The translations under genes and the position numbers were made by a program. Below, piece after piece: positions 42,144-49,972 of a stretch of DNA of 56,335 nucleotides (positions are counted from its first letter, which is position 1; the number at the start of each line of letters is the position of its first letter). The notes beneath the pieces are model-generated. The model saw nothing but the letters and a program-made list of their open reading frames with translations. It searched no databases and had not been told where the DNA came from. The stretch is from Polyangiaceae bacterium. Its GTDB lineage: Bacteria > Myxococcota_A > Polyangia > Polyangiales > Polyangiaceae. Location: positions 1 through 56,335 of the forward strand of contig JBGANF010000041.1 of NCBI GenBank assembly GCA_044222475.1. Direction: 5' to 3'.

Positions 42144-42620
42144 TCAGTACTCGGACGCACTCACCTTGATCGCCCCGCCGCCGTCGGCGAAGTCGAGACC
42201 GACTTGGACGACTTCGTCTGCGCCCGCGTCCCAACGATCGATGCAAGCGACGGGGACGACGAGGTTGCCATACGGCGGGTACTTCGGCTCGACGACGGCG
42301 CGGAGCCCGGTCGGCGTCGCGGTCGCTTCGTCGATCACGTCACCGCTGTAGCTCGTCACCTTGGACGGGTCGCCGAGCTTGAAGGCTCCGTTCGGCGCGT
42401 CGATCAGCACCTCGACCCGGCGTCCCTTGGGCGTGTCGATCCACGACGCGGTCATCTTGAGCGACGCGGCGGCGCCGGGGCATCGGCTCGGCGGGGGCAT
42501 CGGATCGACCACCGCGTACCCGCCGTTCTTGCAGGCCTCGGCGGCGCCGACGGCCGACGCGACCGCGGCGGCGGCCGCGAGCCGCTCCAAGTGACGTCGG
42601 GTCTTCTCGCGCACGCTCAT
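42144..42620 (-). CDS. GYxVVD-motif lipoprotein paralog P6
   Basis: MSVREKTRRHLERLAAAAAVASAVGAAEAC-KNG-GYAVVDPMPPPSRC; ATGA overlap with P5. Confidence 0.85.
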   Translation of the reverse strand: MSVREKTRRHLERLAAAAAVASAVGAAEACKNGGYAVVDPMPPPSRCPGAAASLKMTASWIDTPKGRRVEVLIDAPNGAFKLGDPSKVTSYSGDVIDEATATPTGLRAVVEPKYPPYGNLVVPVACIDRWDAGADEVVQVGLDFADGGGAIKVSASEY

Positions 42621-43039
42621 TCGACGGGATCCGGATCGGGCCCCGACGCCATGCCGGGCTCCTTGTGGCAACCGCACCCACCGCGAGACGGCGGGGGCAG
42701 GGGATCGACCACTCCATACCCGGGCAGGCAGCGGCCGTTCGAGTCTCGCCGCCCGTCGTCGGGGCAGGGCTCGACGGGGATCGGCCCCTCCGCGTCGACG
42801 TCGCCGTCGATGGACGCGTCGGCCATGCCGCTCACGGTCGTCACGCTGGCCGCGTCGCCGCCGGCCTCGCGGGCGGCGTCCTTGCCGGCGTCACCGCCGA
42901 CGCCGGCGTCGGACTTTCCGGCCGCCGGAGCCGATCCAGCGGTGCGCGTCGTCGCGGCGGCGAGCCCGAGGACCGCGGTCGCCGCCATGAGGTGGCGCAG
43001 GTGCGACCGAACGGCGGCGCGGGGACGCTCGCCGCTCAC
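42617..43039 (-). CDS. GYxVVD-motif secreted paralog P5 (no lipobox; motif near the C-terminus)
   Basis: GTG start overlapping the P4 stop; PRAAVRSHLRHLMAATAVLGL...CLPGYGVVDPLPPPSRGGCGC. Confidence 0.8.
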   Translation of the reverse strand: MSGERPRAAVRSHLRHLMAATAVLGLAAATTRTAGSAPAAGKSDAGVGGDAGKDAAREAGGDAASVTTVSGMADASIDGDVDAEGPIPVEPCPDDGRRDSNGRCLPGYGVVDPLPPPSRGGCGCHKEPGMASGPDPDPVE

Positions 43040-43503
43040 GGGGGTGCCTCGAACGTGACCGAGTAGGCGGCGCCCGCATCTCCCCCGGCATCGCCCGTCG
43101 CCGGAGTGACGACCGCGATGACGAAGTTCTGGGTCGTGCAGTTGCTTGCAATCTGCAAACGAACGGTCGCCCCCGGGTCGGGCGCGACCCGAACCTCGAG
43201 GTCGCCGCTGGGCGCGAACGCCGACCTGAGCAGCTTCCCCCCGGAGACCATCTTCGTGGAGCTCAGGAGGTTCAGGTCGGGGTTCTTGGAGTGGAACGTG
43301 ATCGTGAGGTCGCCGTTGGCTTCGACGGTGACGTTCGCGGTGATGTCCTTGATGGCGTCGGGACACTTCGTCGGCGGGGGGAGAGGATCCACGACGCCAT
43401 AGCCGGTGCACGCCGTCGCCTCGGCAGAGAGCGCCGACACGACCGCGACCGCGGTGACGAGCTCACGCAGATGCTCCATCGTCTTGGCGCGCGCGCTGCT
43501 CAT
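43036..43503 (-). CDS. GYxVVD-motif lipoprotein paralog P4
   Basis: MSSARAKTMEHLRELVTAVAVVSALSAEATAC-T-GYGVVDPLPPPTKC; GAGGAG RBS. Confidence 0.85.
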   Translation of the reverse strand: MSSARAKTMEHLRELVTAVAVVSALSAEATACTGYGVVDPLPPPTKCPDAIKDITANVTVEANGDLTITFHSKNPDLNLLSSTKMVSGGKLLRSAFAPSGDLEVRVAPDPGATVRLQIASNCTTQNFVIAVVTPATGDAGGDAGAAYSVTFEAPP

Positions 43504-43517
43504 CGAGCGTCTCCTCG

Positions 43518-44120
43518 TCAGTAATCGTAGATGTTCACGGTCGTCGTGTCGCCAGGCTTCGGCGCGGCGGGACCGACGACCGAGACCGAGATCGTACCCG
43601 GCCCCTTGGGGCAGGTGATCGGGATGGACAACCCGACCTGCGCGGCCTGCGGCTTGACGAAGAGGTCGACCACGTCCTTCGACGAGTTCGTGGTGTAGCT
43701 CTGGAGGATGCCGCCCCACGCGCTCGGGATGACGCCCGACCAGGTCGCGCCGCCGCCGAGGTGAACGGTGATGCGCAGCACGACGGCGCCGCCTTTACCA
43801 ATTTGGTACGTCGTCGAGGTGGTCGTCGAGGCGGCGATGCCGGCGCAGAGCGCCGGGGCAGGGAGCATGTCGACGACGAGGTACCCGTGACCGCTCGTCG
43901 CGGTCGGCGGAGGCGGCGGGGTGCTCGCCGTCGAAGCCGTCGTGGGAGGGGGCGGGGGTGCGGTCGTGCTGGTCGTCGCGGTGGCGCTCGGCAGGGTCAC
44001 GGTCTGCGGCCCTTGGGTCGCGTCCGGCTTGGTGCACGCCGCCGCGGTCCCGACGGCGGTCGCGACCATTCGGTGCATGTGCATCAGGGTGCGCTGCCGC
44101 GCATCGCGAGAGCGCGCCAT
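43518..44120 (-). CDS. GYxVVD-motif lipoprotein paralog P3
   Basis: MARSRDARQRTLMHMHRMVATAVGTAAAC, Thr/Pro linker, HGYLVVDMLPAPALC; TGATG overlap with P2. Confidence 0.85.
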   Translation of the reverse strand: MARSRDARQRTLMHMHRMVATAVGTAAACTKPDATQGPQTVTLPSATATTSTTAPPPPPTTASTASTPPPPPTATSGHGYLVVDMLPAPALCAGIAASTTTSTTYQIGKGGAVVLRITVHLGGGATWSGVIPSAWGGILQSYTTNSSKDVVDLFVKPQAAQVGLSIPITCPKGPGTISVSVVGPAAPKPGDTTTVNIYDY

Positions 44121-44800
44121 CAGTACGGCTGGTCGTAGACGTTGGCCGGGGCCGTGTCGCCCGCCTTCGCCGGTTTGGAGGGGGTGGTCACGCTGACGCC
44201 CATCGACGCGGTGCCGGCCGAGCAGGTCACCGGGATCGAGAAGCCCGAGCTGGCGACCGGCAGGAACACGTCGACCGAGTCCTTCGCGGCGTTCGACGTG
44301 ACGCTCTTCACCGCGACGCCGGAGTAGGGCGACACCGGGCCACCCGTCCACGACGCGCCGCCGCCCATCTTCAGGGTGATCTTGAGGACGAGGTCCTTGC
44401 CTTGCTGCACGTAGGTCGCGGTAGCCTTCGACGCCTGAGCGGCGCTCGCGCAGCGCGAGGGCATCGGCATCGGATCGACGACGGCGTAGCCGTGATCGGG
44501 CGGTCCGGTCGGGACGGACGTCGCGGTCGACGTCGCCGTCGCGCTCGCCGAAGCGAGGGGGCTCGTCGCGGTGGTGGTCGCGGTGGTCGTGCTCGTCGCG
44601 GACGGGACGGTCACCGTCTGCGTGGTGGTGGTGTCCGACTTGGTGCAGCCAGTCACTGCGCCGAGCGCGCCCGCGGTCGCGACCATCCGTTGCATGTGCT
44701 GCATCGTGCGCGCGCGCACGTTGCCGCGCGGCGCCAAGGGCGGCGTCACGGTCGGCGCGGGGAGCACTTCGGGCATCATCTCGAGGCGGCGTTTCTGCAT
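44120..44800 (-). CDS. GYxVVD-motif lipoprotein paralog P2
   Basis: VRARTMQHMQRMVATAGALGAVTGC, Thr/Ala linker, HGYAVVDPMPMPSRC; GAGGAG RBS. Confidence 0.87.
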   Translation of the reverse strand: MQKRRLEMMPEVLPAPTVTPPLAPRGNVRARTMQHMQRMVATAGALGAVTGCTKSDTTTTQTVTVPSATSTTTATTTATSPLASASATATSTATSVPTGPPDHGYAVVDPMPMPSRCASAAQASKATATYVQQGKDLVLKITLKMGGGASWTGGPVSPYSGVAVKSVTSNAAKDSVDVFLPVASSGFSIPVTCSAGTASMGVSVTTPSKPAKAGDTAPANVYDQPY

Positions 44801-44816
44801 GATCTCCTCTTGTCGC

Positions 44817-45437
44817 TCAGTAGCCGTCGTACAGGTTCACGGTGGGGACGTCGCCGGGCTTGGGGGTCGGCGAGGGGGGCGCCACGTTCACGTCGATCGA
44901 CGCTTTGCCGGCGGCGCAGCTGATCGGGACCGAGACGCTCGTCTCCTTCGCGTCGACGAACACCTCGACGGTGTCCTTCGCGGCGTTGGCGCTCACGCTC
45001 TTCAGCCCGCCGGAGCTCGGGCTCGGTGAGCCACCCGTCCAGGTGGTGCCGCCGCCGAGCTTCAGGGTGATCTTGAGCACCGTCTCGGTGCCGCGCGTGA
45101 CGTACGCGCCGGTGCCCTTGGCTGCCGTGGAGCTGCCGCGACACCGCGCGGGCATCGGCATCGGATCGACGACGGCGTAGCCGTGCGTCGGCGTCGCGGT
45201 CGGTCGAACGGCGACCGTCGCGGTGGCGCTGGCGGTCGCGCTGGCCGTCGCCGACGCGGAGACCAACGGGCTCGTCGTCGCCGACGCGCTCGCGGTCGCG
45301 GTCGTCGTGTTCGCCGACGTCGGCACCGGGTCCGGCTTCGCGGGGTCCGGCTTGGAGCAGCCAGCCGTCGCGCCGAGCGCGGTCGCCGTCGCGAGCAGGC
45401 TCGCGCCGTGGCGGGTGACTCGATCGCGAACGCTCAA
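44817..45437 (-). CDS. GYxVVD-motif lipoprotein paralog P1
   Basis: TTG start overlapping the rSAM stop (TTGA); SVRDRVTRHGASLLATATALGATAGC...HGYAVVDPMPMPARC. Confidence 0.85.
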   Translation of the reverse strand: MSVRDRVTRHGASLLATATALGATAGCSKPDPAKPDPVPTSANTTTATASASATTSPLVSASATASATASATATVAVRPTATPTHGYAVVDPMPMPARCRGSSTAAKGTGAYVTRGTETVLKITLKLGGGTTWTGGSPSPSSGGLKSVSANAAKDTVEVFVDAKETSVSVPISCAAGKASIDVNVAPPSPTPKPGDVPTVNLYDGY

Positions 45438-47086
45438 TGGCCCACCGCGAGCGAGAGGGCCGCCCGTTGGGTCTGCAGCGGCGTCGCGACCTTGTCGCCG
45501 ATCTCGGTGAGCGGGCGCCCTTGGCCGACGGCCTTCTGGAGCGTCCGCGCGAGCGTCTTCGCGCGCTCGCGGATGGACTCCTCGACGTCGCGCAGCATCT
45601 TCGACTGCTCCTGGACGAGCGCCTTGTCTCGCTCGACCGAGCCGCCGCTCTCGACGTGGTCGAGGATCTTCTCCATCGCGTCGGCGCCGGAGAGGGTGAG
45701 GATGCTCGTGAGCTCCTTGCCCTCGGCGAGCCACTTCGCCTCGAACTTGTCGGGGTGGAAGTGGCGCGCGACCTCGACGTCGAAGCGGGTGCCCATGATG
45801 CGATTCGAGAGCGCGTTGTCTCCGAAGTTGCGCTCCATGAAGCAGTCCATCGCGAGGGTGAACACGCGCTCGACCTCGGGGCTTCCGAGATCGTAGTCCC
45901 ACTGCAGGTAGTCGCCGCGGACGCGGTTCTCGGCCTGCATGCGGGCGAGGAGGGGCGTGCCGGCGTAGAGCTCGACGCGACCGAAGTTGGACGGGTACTC
46001 GGGGGCATCGCGCAAGAACGCGACGTTCGTCCGGAGCGACTCGATCGTCGTGTCCGGATCGAAGATGAGCATGTTGTAGCAAGTGTAGAGATCGAGCTCG
46101 CGAACGAGGTCGATCGCGTCGTGGTTTTGGCTCGATTTCGCCCAGCGGCGCAGCGTCCGCAGGCCCTGGTCGGCGTCGGTCTCGATGCCGATGTACACGC
46201 GGATGCAGTTCAATCGGTGCTTCAGGATGTGGAACACGCCGGGATCGCAGTCGGTCGGGCGGGCCTTCACGACGGTGGCGTACTTGCCGATGTTCTTCCG
46301 CTCGAGCGCGTCGGCGAGGGCGCTGAAGCGCTCCTTGTTGTGGCGGTGCCCGGGGACGAAGAAGTTGTCGTCGTGGAAGACGAAGATGTCGATGCCGCGC
46401 TGGCGCTTCATCTCGACCATCTCGTCGGCGACGTCTTCGACGTCGCGCACGCGGTAGCGCTTCCCGGGGAGGCTCTGCTCGTGCCACGCGGCGATGCAGC
46501 AGAAGCTGCAGTTCGCGTAGCAGCCGCGGCTCGAAACGAGCGGGGCGATGCCGTGGCCGAAGCACGCGGCGGGCTCGCCGCGGCGGTCGGGCCGGGGCAA
46601 CGTCGCCAGGTCGGGGAGCGCGGGGTGCTCGGTGAGGATGGGGGTGCCGGAGTCGTCACGGAGGGCCAGACCGGCGATCGGCCGTAGGGGCTCGCCGCGG
46701 GTGAGCGCCTGGCAGAGCTTCACCATGGTTTCTTCGGCTTCCTGGCGCACGATCGTGTCGATTTCAGGGAAATCCGTGAGGATCTCGAGCGACGCGAACG
46801 TGCCGAAGTGGCCGCCCATGGTGATGTGGCCCTTGTAGCCGCCGTCGCGGAGGGCCACGGCGAACGCGAGAAAATCGCGGGCGCGCCACTGAAACGCGAG
46901 GGAAATGCCGACGACGAGCGGCGGCTCCGCGGCGTCGAGGATGGTCCGGAGGGCGAACCCGAAGTCGCTCTCCTGGTTGAACGGGACCAGCTCGGAGCGG
47001 TAGCCGGCTAACGATAACGAGGACGCGATGTACCGGAGGCTCAGGTTCTCCTCGATCTCAGGCCCCACGAGTGCAACCCAGCTCAT
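45434..47086 (-). CDS. Cobalamin-binding-domain radical SAM enzyme (class B)
   Basis: N-terminal B12-binding pattern (NLSLRYIAS, VGISL, ITMGGHF, VRQEAE, IAGL); SSRGCYANCSFC (CxxxCxxC), FHDDNF, YIGIE, YAGTPL. Confidence 0.93.
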   Translation of the reverse strand: MSWVALVGPEIEENLSLRYIASSLSLAGYRSELVPFNQESDFGFALRTILDAAEPPLVVGISLAFQWRARDFLAFAVALRDGGYKGHITMGGHFGTFASLEILTDFPEIDTIVRQEAEETMVKLCQALTRGEPLRPIAGLALRDDSGTPILTEHPALPDLATLPRPDRRGEPAACFGHGIAPLVSSRGCYANCSFCCIAAWHEQSLPGKRYRVRDVEDVADEMVEMKRQRGIDIFVFHDDNFFVPGHRHNKERFSALADALERKNIGKYATVVKARPTDCDPGVFHILKHRLNCIRVYIGIETDADQGLRTLRRWAKSSQNHDAIDLVRELDLYTCYNMLIFDPDTTIESLRTNVAFLRDAPEYPSNFGRVELYAGTPLLARMQAENRVRGDYLQWDYDLGSPEVERVFTLAMDCFMERNFGDNALSNRIMGTRFDVEVARHFHPDKFEAKWLAEGKELTSILTLSGADAMEKILDHVESGGSVERDKALVQEQSKMLRDVEESIRERAKTLARTLQKAVGQGRPLTEIGDKVATPLQTQRAALSLAVGH

Positions 47087-47305
47087 GTCGAAGCGTCCTT
47101 TCGAAGCCTGGCCGCCTTGGGCGGCAGACCCGTGAAGAGGGTACGGGAAATTGAGACGGTGCTGCCCAGCAAAAGGTTTGCTGAGCAACGGCCGGTGAGC
47201 GGCCCCCTTACACTCCGCCGATCCGTTTAGTTTACATAATGCATCTTATGCGACATTTGAAACGGGCCTTTCCCCGGAGGAAGCGCGGGCGCTACCGTCC
47301 CGCCC

Positions 47306-48550
47306 ATGATCGAATGGAGCGAGACCCACACCCAGATCCGCGACATGTTCCGCCGCTTCGTGGAGGCCGAGGTCGCCCCGAAGATCGACGAGATCGAGCT
47401 CGGTGACACACCGCCGTACGAGGTCCTCCGCAAGATGATGTCGACCTTCGGCGCCGGCGAGATGGAGAAAGCCAAGTTCCTCAGGGCGCTGGAGAAGGAA
47501 AAGAAGCGCGCCGAGACCGGCGAGCCGCCCCCGGAGAAGAAGAAGCACGAAGGCTTCTCCCAGGAGGCCGCCGACGCGGCGGCGATGCGCCTCATCCCCA
47601 TCATCGAGCTGTCCAAGTACTCGCCCGGGATGATCACCGCGCTGGGCGTCAGCGTCGGGCTCACCGCCGGCGCCATCCAGCGCAAAGGCACCATCGCTCA
47701 GAAAGAGAAGTTCGTACCGCCCATCCTGACGCTCGAGAAGATCGGCGCGTGGGCGATCACCGAGCCCGGCTCCGGGTCCGACGCGTTCGGCTCGATGAAG
47801 TCGACCGCCCGGCGCGACGGCGACGGCTACGTGCTCCGCGGCCAGAAGACGTTCATCACGAACGGCCCGTACGCCGACACCATCGTGTTCATCTGCCGCC
47901 TGGACGACGGCGTGACGCCACCGGCCGACCGCAAGGTGGTCTCGTTCATCCTCGACAAAGGCATGCCCGGCCTCGTCCAGACGAAGCCGCTGCGCAAGAT
48001 GGGCCTCCACGGGTCACCCACCGGCGAGCTGTTCCTCGAGGACGTCCGCGTCGGCAAGGACCGGCTCATCGGCGAGACCGAGGACACGCCGGGCCGCTCC
48101 GACGCCAAGGAGACCTTCGGCAACGAGCGAACCGCGGTCGCCGCGATGGCGCTGGGCATCGTCGAGCGTTGCCTCGCGCTCTGCACCGAGTACGCGCGCA
48201 CGCGCGTCCAGTTCGGCAAGCCCATCGGCGATTTTCAGCTGATCCAGCTCAAGCTCGCGAAGATGGAGGTCGCGCGCATGAACATCCAGAACCTGGTGTT
48301 CCGCCAGGTCGAGCTCGCCGGCTGGGGCAAGAGCCCCACCCTCGCCGAAGCCAGCGCAAACAAGCTGTATTCTGCACAGGTCGCGATGGACGTGTGCCTC
48401 GAGGCGGTCCAGCTCTTCGGCGGCAACGGCTACATGTCCGAGTACCGCGTCGAGCAGCTCTGCCGCGACGCCAAGGTGCTGCAGATCTACGGCGGAACCG
48501 ACGAGATCCAGATCTCGCAGATCGCGCGCGCGCTGCTGGCGCAGCGCTGA
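47306..48550 (+). CDS. Acyl-CoA dehydrogenase
   Basis: [48 protein letters not shown]. Confidence 0.95.
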   Translation: MIEWSETHTQIRDMFRRFVEAEVAPKIDEIELGDTPPYEVLRKMMSTFGAGEMEKAKFLRALEKEKKRAETGEPPPEKKKHEGFSQEAADAAAMRLIPIIELSKYSPGMITALGVSVGLTAGAIQRKGTIAQKEKFVPPILTLEKIGAWAITEPGSGSDAFGSMKSTARRDGDGYVLRGQKTFITNGPYADTIVFICRLDDGVTPPADRKVVSFILDKGMPGLVQTKPLRKMGLHGSPTGELFLEDVRVGKDRLIGETEDTPGRSDAKETFGNERTAVAAMALGIVERCLALCTEYARTRVQFGKPIGDFQLIQLKLAKMEVARMNIQNLVFRQVELAGWGKSPTLAEASANKLYSAQVAMDVCLEAVQLFGGNGYMSEYRVEQLCRDAKVLQIYGGTDEIQISQIARALLAQR

Positions 48551-48562
48551 GCTCATCCCGTA

Positions 48563-48688
48563 CACGTGAACGTGCCCGTGCCCGTGAACGAAGAGTGCCC
48601 GTGAACGAAGAACGCTCGCGGATGAGACGATCGCGAATCGGTCAGCGTCTTCGATCGTGCACGGGCACGTTCACGTTCACGTTCACGG
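48563..48688. repeat. Hexamer-unit inverted repeat without cargo gene
   Basis: cgtgaacgtgcccgtgc (48565-48581) is the exact reverse complement of 48659-48675; lies between convergent genes. Confidence 0.8.
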
Positions 48689-48691
48689 AAG

Positions 48692-49972
48692 TCACATCTT
48701 GCCGTCGCGGCGACCCAGGGGCGCGTCGATGCCGAGACCGAGGAACGTGCCCCCGCTCGTCATCGCGAAGATGCGGGTCCCGTAGGCCGCCGGAGTGACC
48801 GCGAAGCCGGTCTCGAGGTTGAGACCGTCGATCACGCTCCCGTCGCGGGGCGACAGGAGAAACAGGCCGTAGCGCGTCGTCCCCATCGCGATCGCCCCTG
48901 CGACCGGCACCGGCGCGGTGATGCCGCCCTCGGGGATCGGGAGGCGCCACTTCGGCTTGCCGTCCTTGAGCTCGAGCGCCCACAGACCGGTCGTGGAGCT
49001 CGCCGCGAACAGCGTCCGCTGCGTCGGCACCGTCGGGCCGCCGCGATCGTTTCCCATCGGATGCGGCGCGTGGGCCGCCTCGGTCCAGAGCACCAGCTCG
49101 TGGACGCCGCGCGCTTGGGGGTTCGCCCAGACTCGCCCGCCCGACTCGGCGTCGAGCGCCATCACCCCGCCGGCGTAGCTCGCCGCGAAGACGACGCGGC
49201 CGAGATCGCCGACCTCGGTGATGATCGGCGTCGTGTCGACGTCGAGGTAGCGCTGCGCGTCCGGAGCGCCCGACTGCTCGGCCTCGGCCGAGAGATCGGC
49301 GAGCCATTTCTCGGCGCCGTCGCGGATGTCGTAGCAGCCGACGTTGCCGTCCGAGTACGCCACGTACGCGAGCCCGCGATCGACCGCCGGCCCCGAGTGG
49401 CCCCCGATTTCCATGCCGAGCGCCGAGGTCTGGTGGACCTCCCACTTCTTCACTCCGGTGCGGCGATCGACGCAGAACATCTGGTCGGCGCCGTTCGTGA
49501 AGAGCAAGAGCTCACCGAAGACGACGGGCTTCTTCGAGACCTCGTTGCCGGTGTTGTAGCGCCAGAGGAGCTTCCCGTCGGACGCGCGCACCGCGTACAT
49601 CGAGCCGTCCTGCGAGCCGAAATACACGACGTCGAGCTGACCGTCGTAGAGCGGCTCGCTCTGGACGCGCCCCAGCGTCTCGAAGCGCCAGATGGTGCTG
49701 CCGTTGAACGCGCGGAGCGCGTAGAGCCCGCGATCCGACGAGCCGATGAACACGCGCGCGTTCGCGACGTCGATCTCGGGGCGGCCGCGCTCGTAGTCCT
49801 CCCCGCTCTTCCGCGTGTCGATCGTGAGCTCGCGGCGAAAGAGGACGTGAAGGTCCCCGCTCGGACGCGAAACCCACCCCGGAAGCTCGGGGTTGATGCG
49901 GTCGCCCGTCGCGCTCCCGCAGGCCGCTGCCGCGACCGCGAGGGCGACGACGGCACCGGAAAGCTTCTTCAC
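48692..49972 (-). CDS. PQQ-like beta-propeller lipoprotein (BamB-like)
   Basis: AAAC lipobox; repeated G-x-x-x-W blades (GSTIWRF, GKLLWRY, GRVWAN, GKPKWRL); overlaps the stop of the YfgM-like gene. Confidence 0.82.
   Translation of the reverse strand: MKKLSGAVVALAVAAAACGSATGDRINPELPGWVSRPSGDLHVLFRRELTIDTRKSGEDYERGRPEIDVANARVFIGSSDRGLYALRAFNGSTIWRFETLGRVQSEPLYDGQLDVVYFGSQDGSMYAVRASDGKLLWRYNTGNEVSKKPVVFGELLLFTNGADQMFCVDRRTGVKKWEVHQTSALGMEIGGHSGPAVDRGLAYVAYSDGNVGCYDIRDGAEKWLADLSAEAEQSGAPDAQRYLDVDTTPIITEVGDLGRVVFAASYAGGVMALDAESGGRVWANPQARGVHELVLWTEAAHAPHPMGNDRGGPTVPTQRTLFAASSTTGLWALELKDGKPKWRLPIPEGGITAPVPVAGAIAMGTTRYGLFLLSPRDGSVIDGLNLETGFAVTPAAYGTRIFAMTSGGTFLGLGIDAPLGRRDGKM

Noticed and set aside
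41503..47086. Splicease (PlpX-type, XYG tyramine excision) or known rSAM/lipoprotein system
   Set aside because: Those enzymes are SPASM-domain rSAMs. This one has an N-terminal B12-binding domain and no C-terminal Cys cluster, and only three of seven motifs contain YG.
47087..47305. Cobalamin or c-di-GMP riboswitch before the rSAM gene
   Set aside because: I could not find the B12-box or a complete GEMM consensus; only generic hairpins are present.
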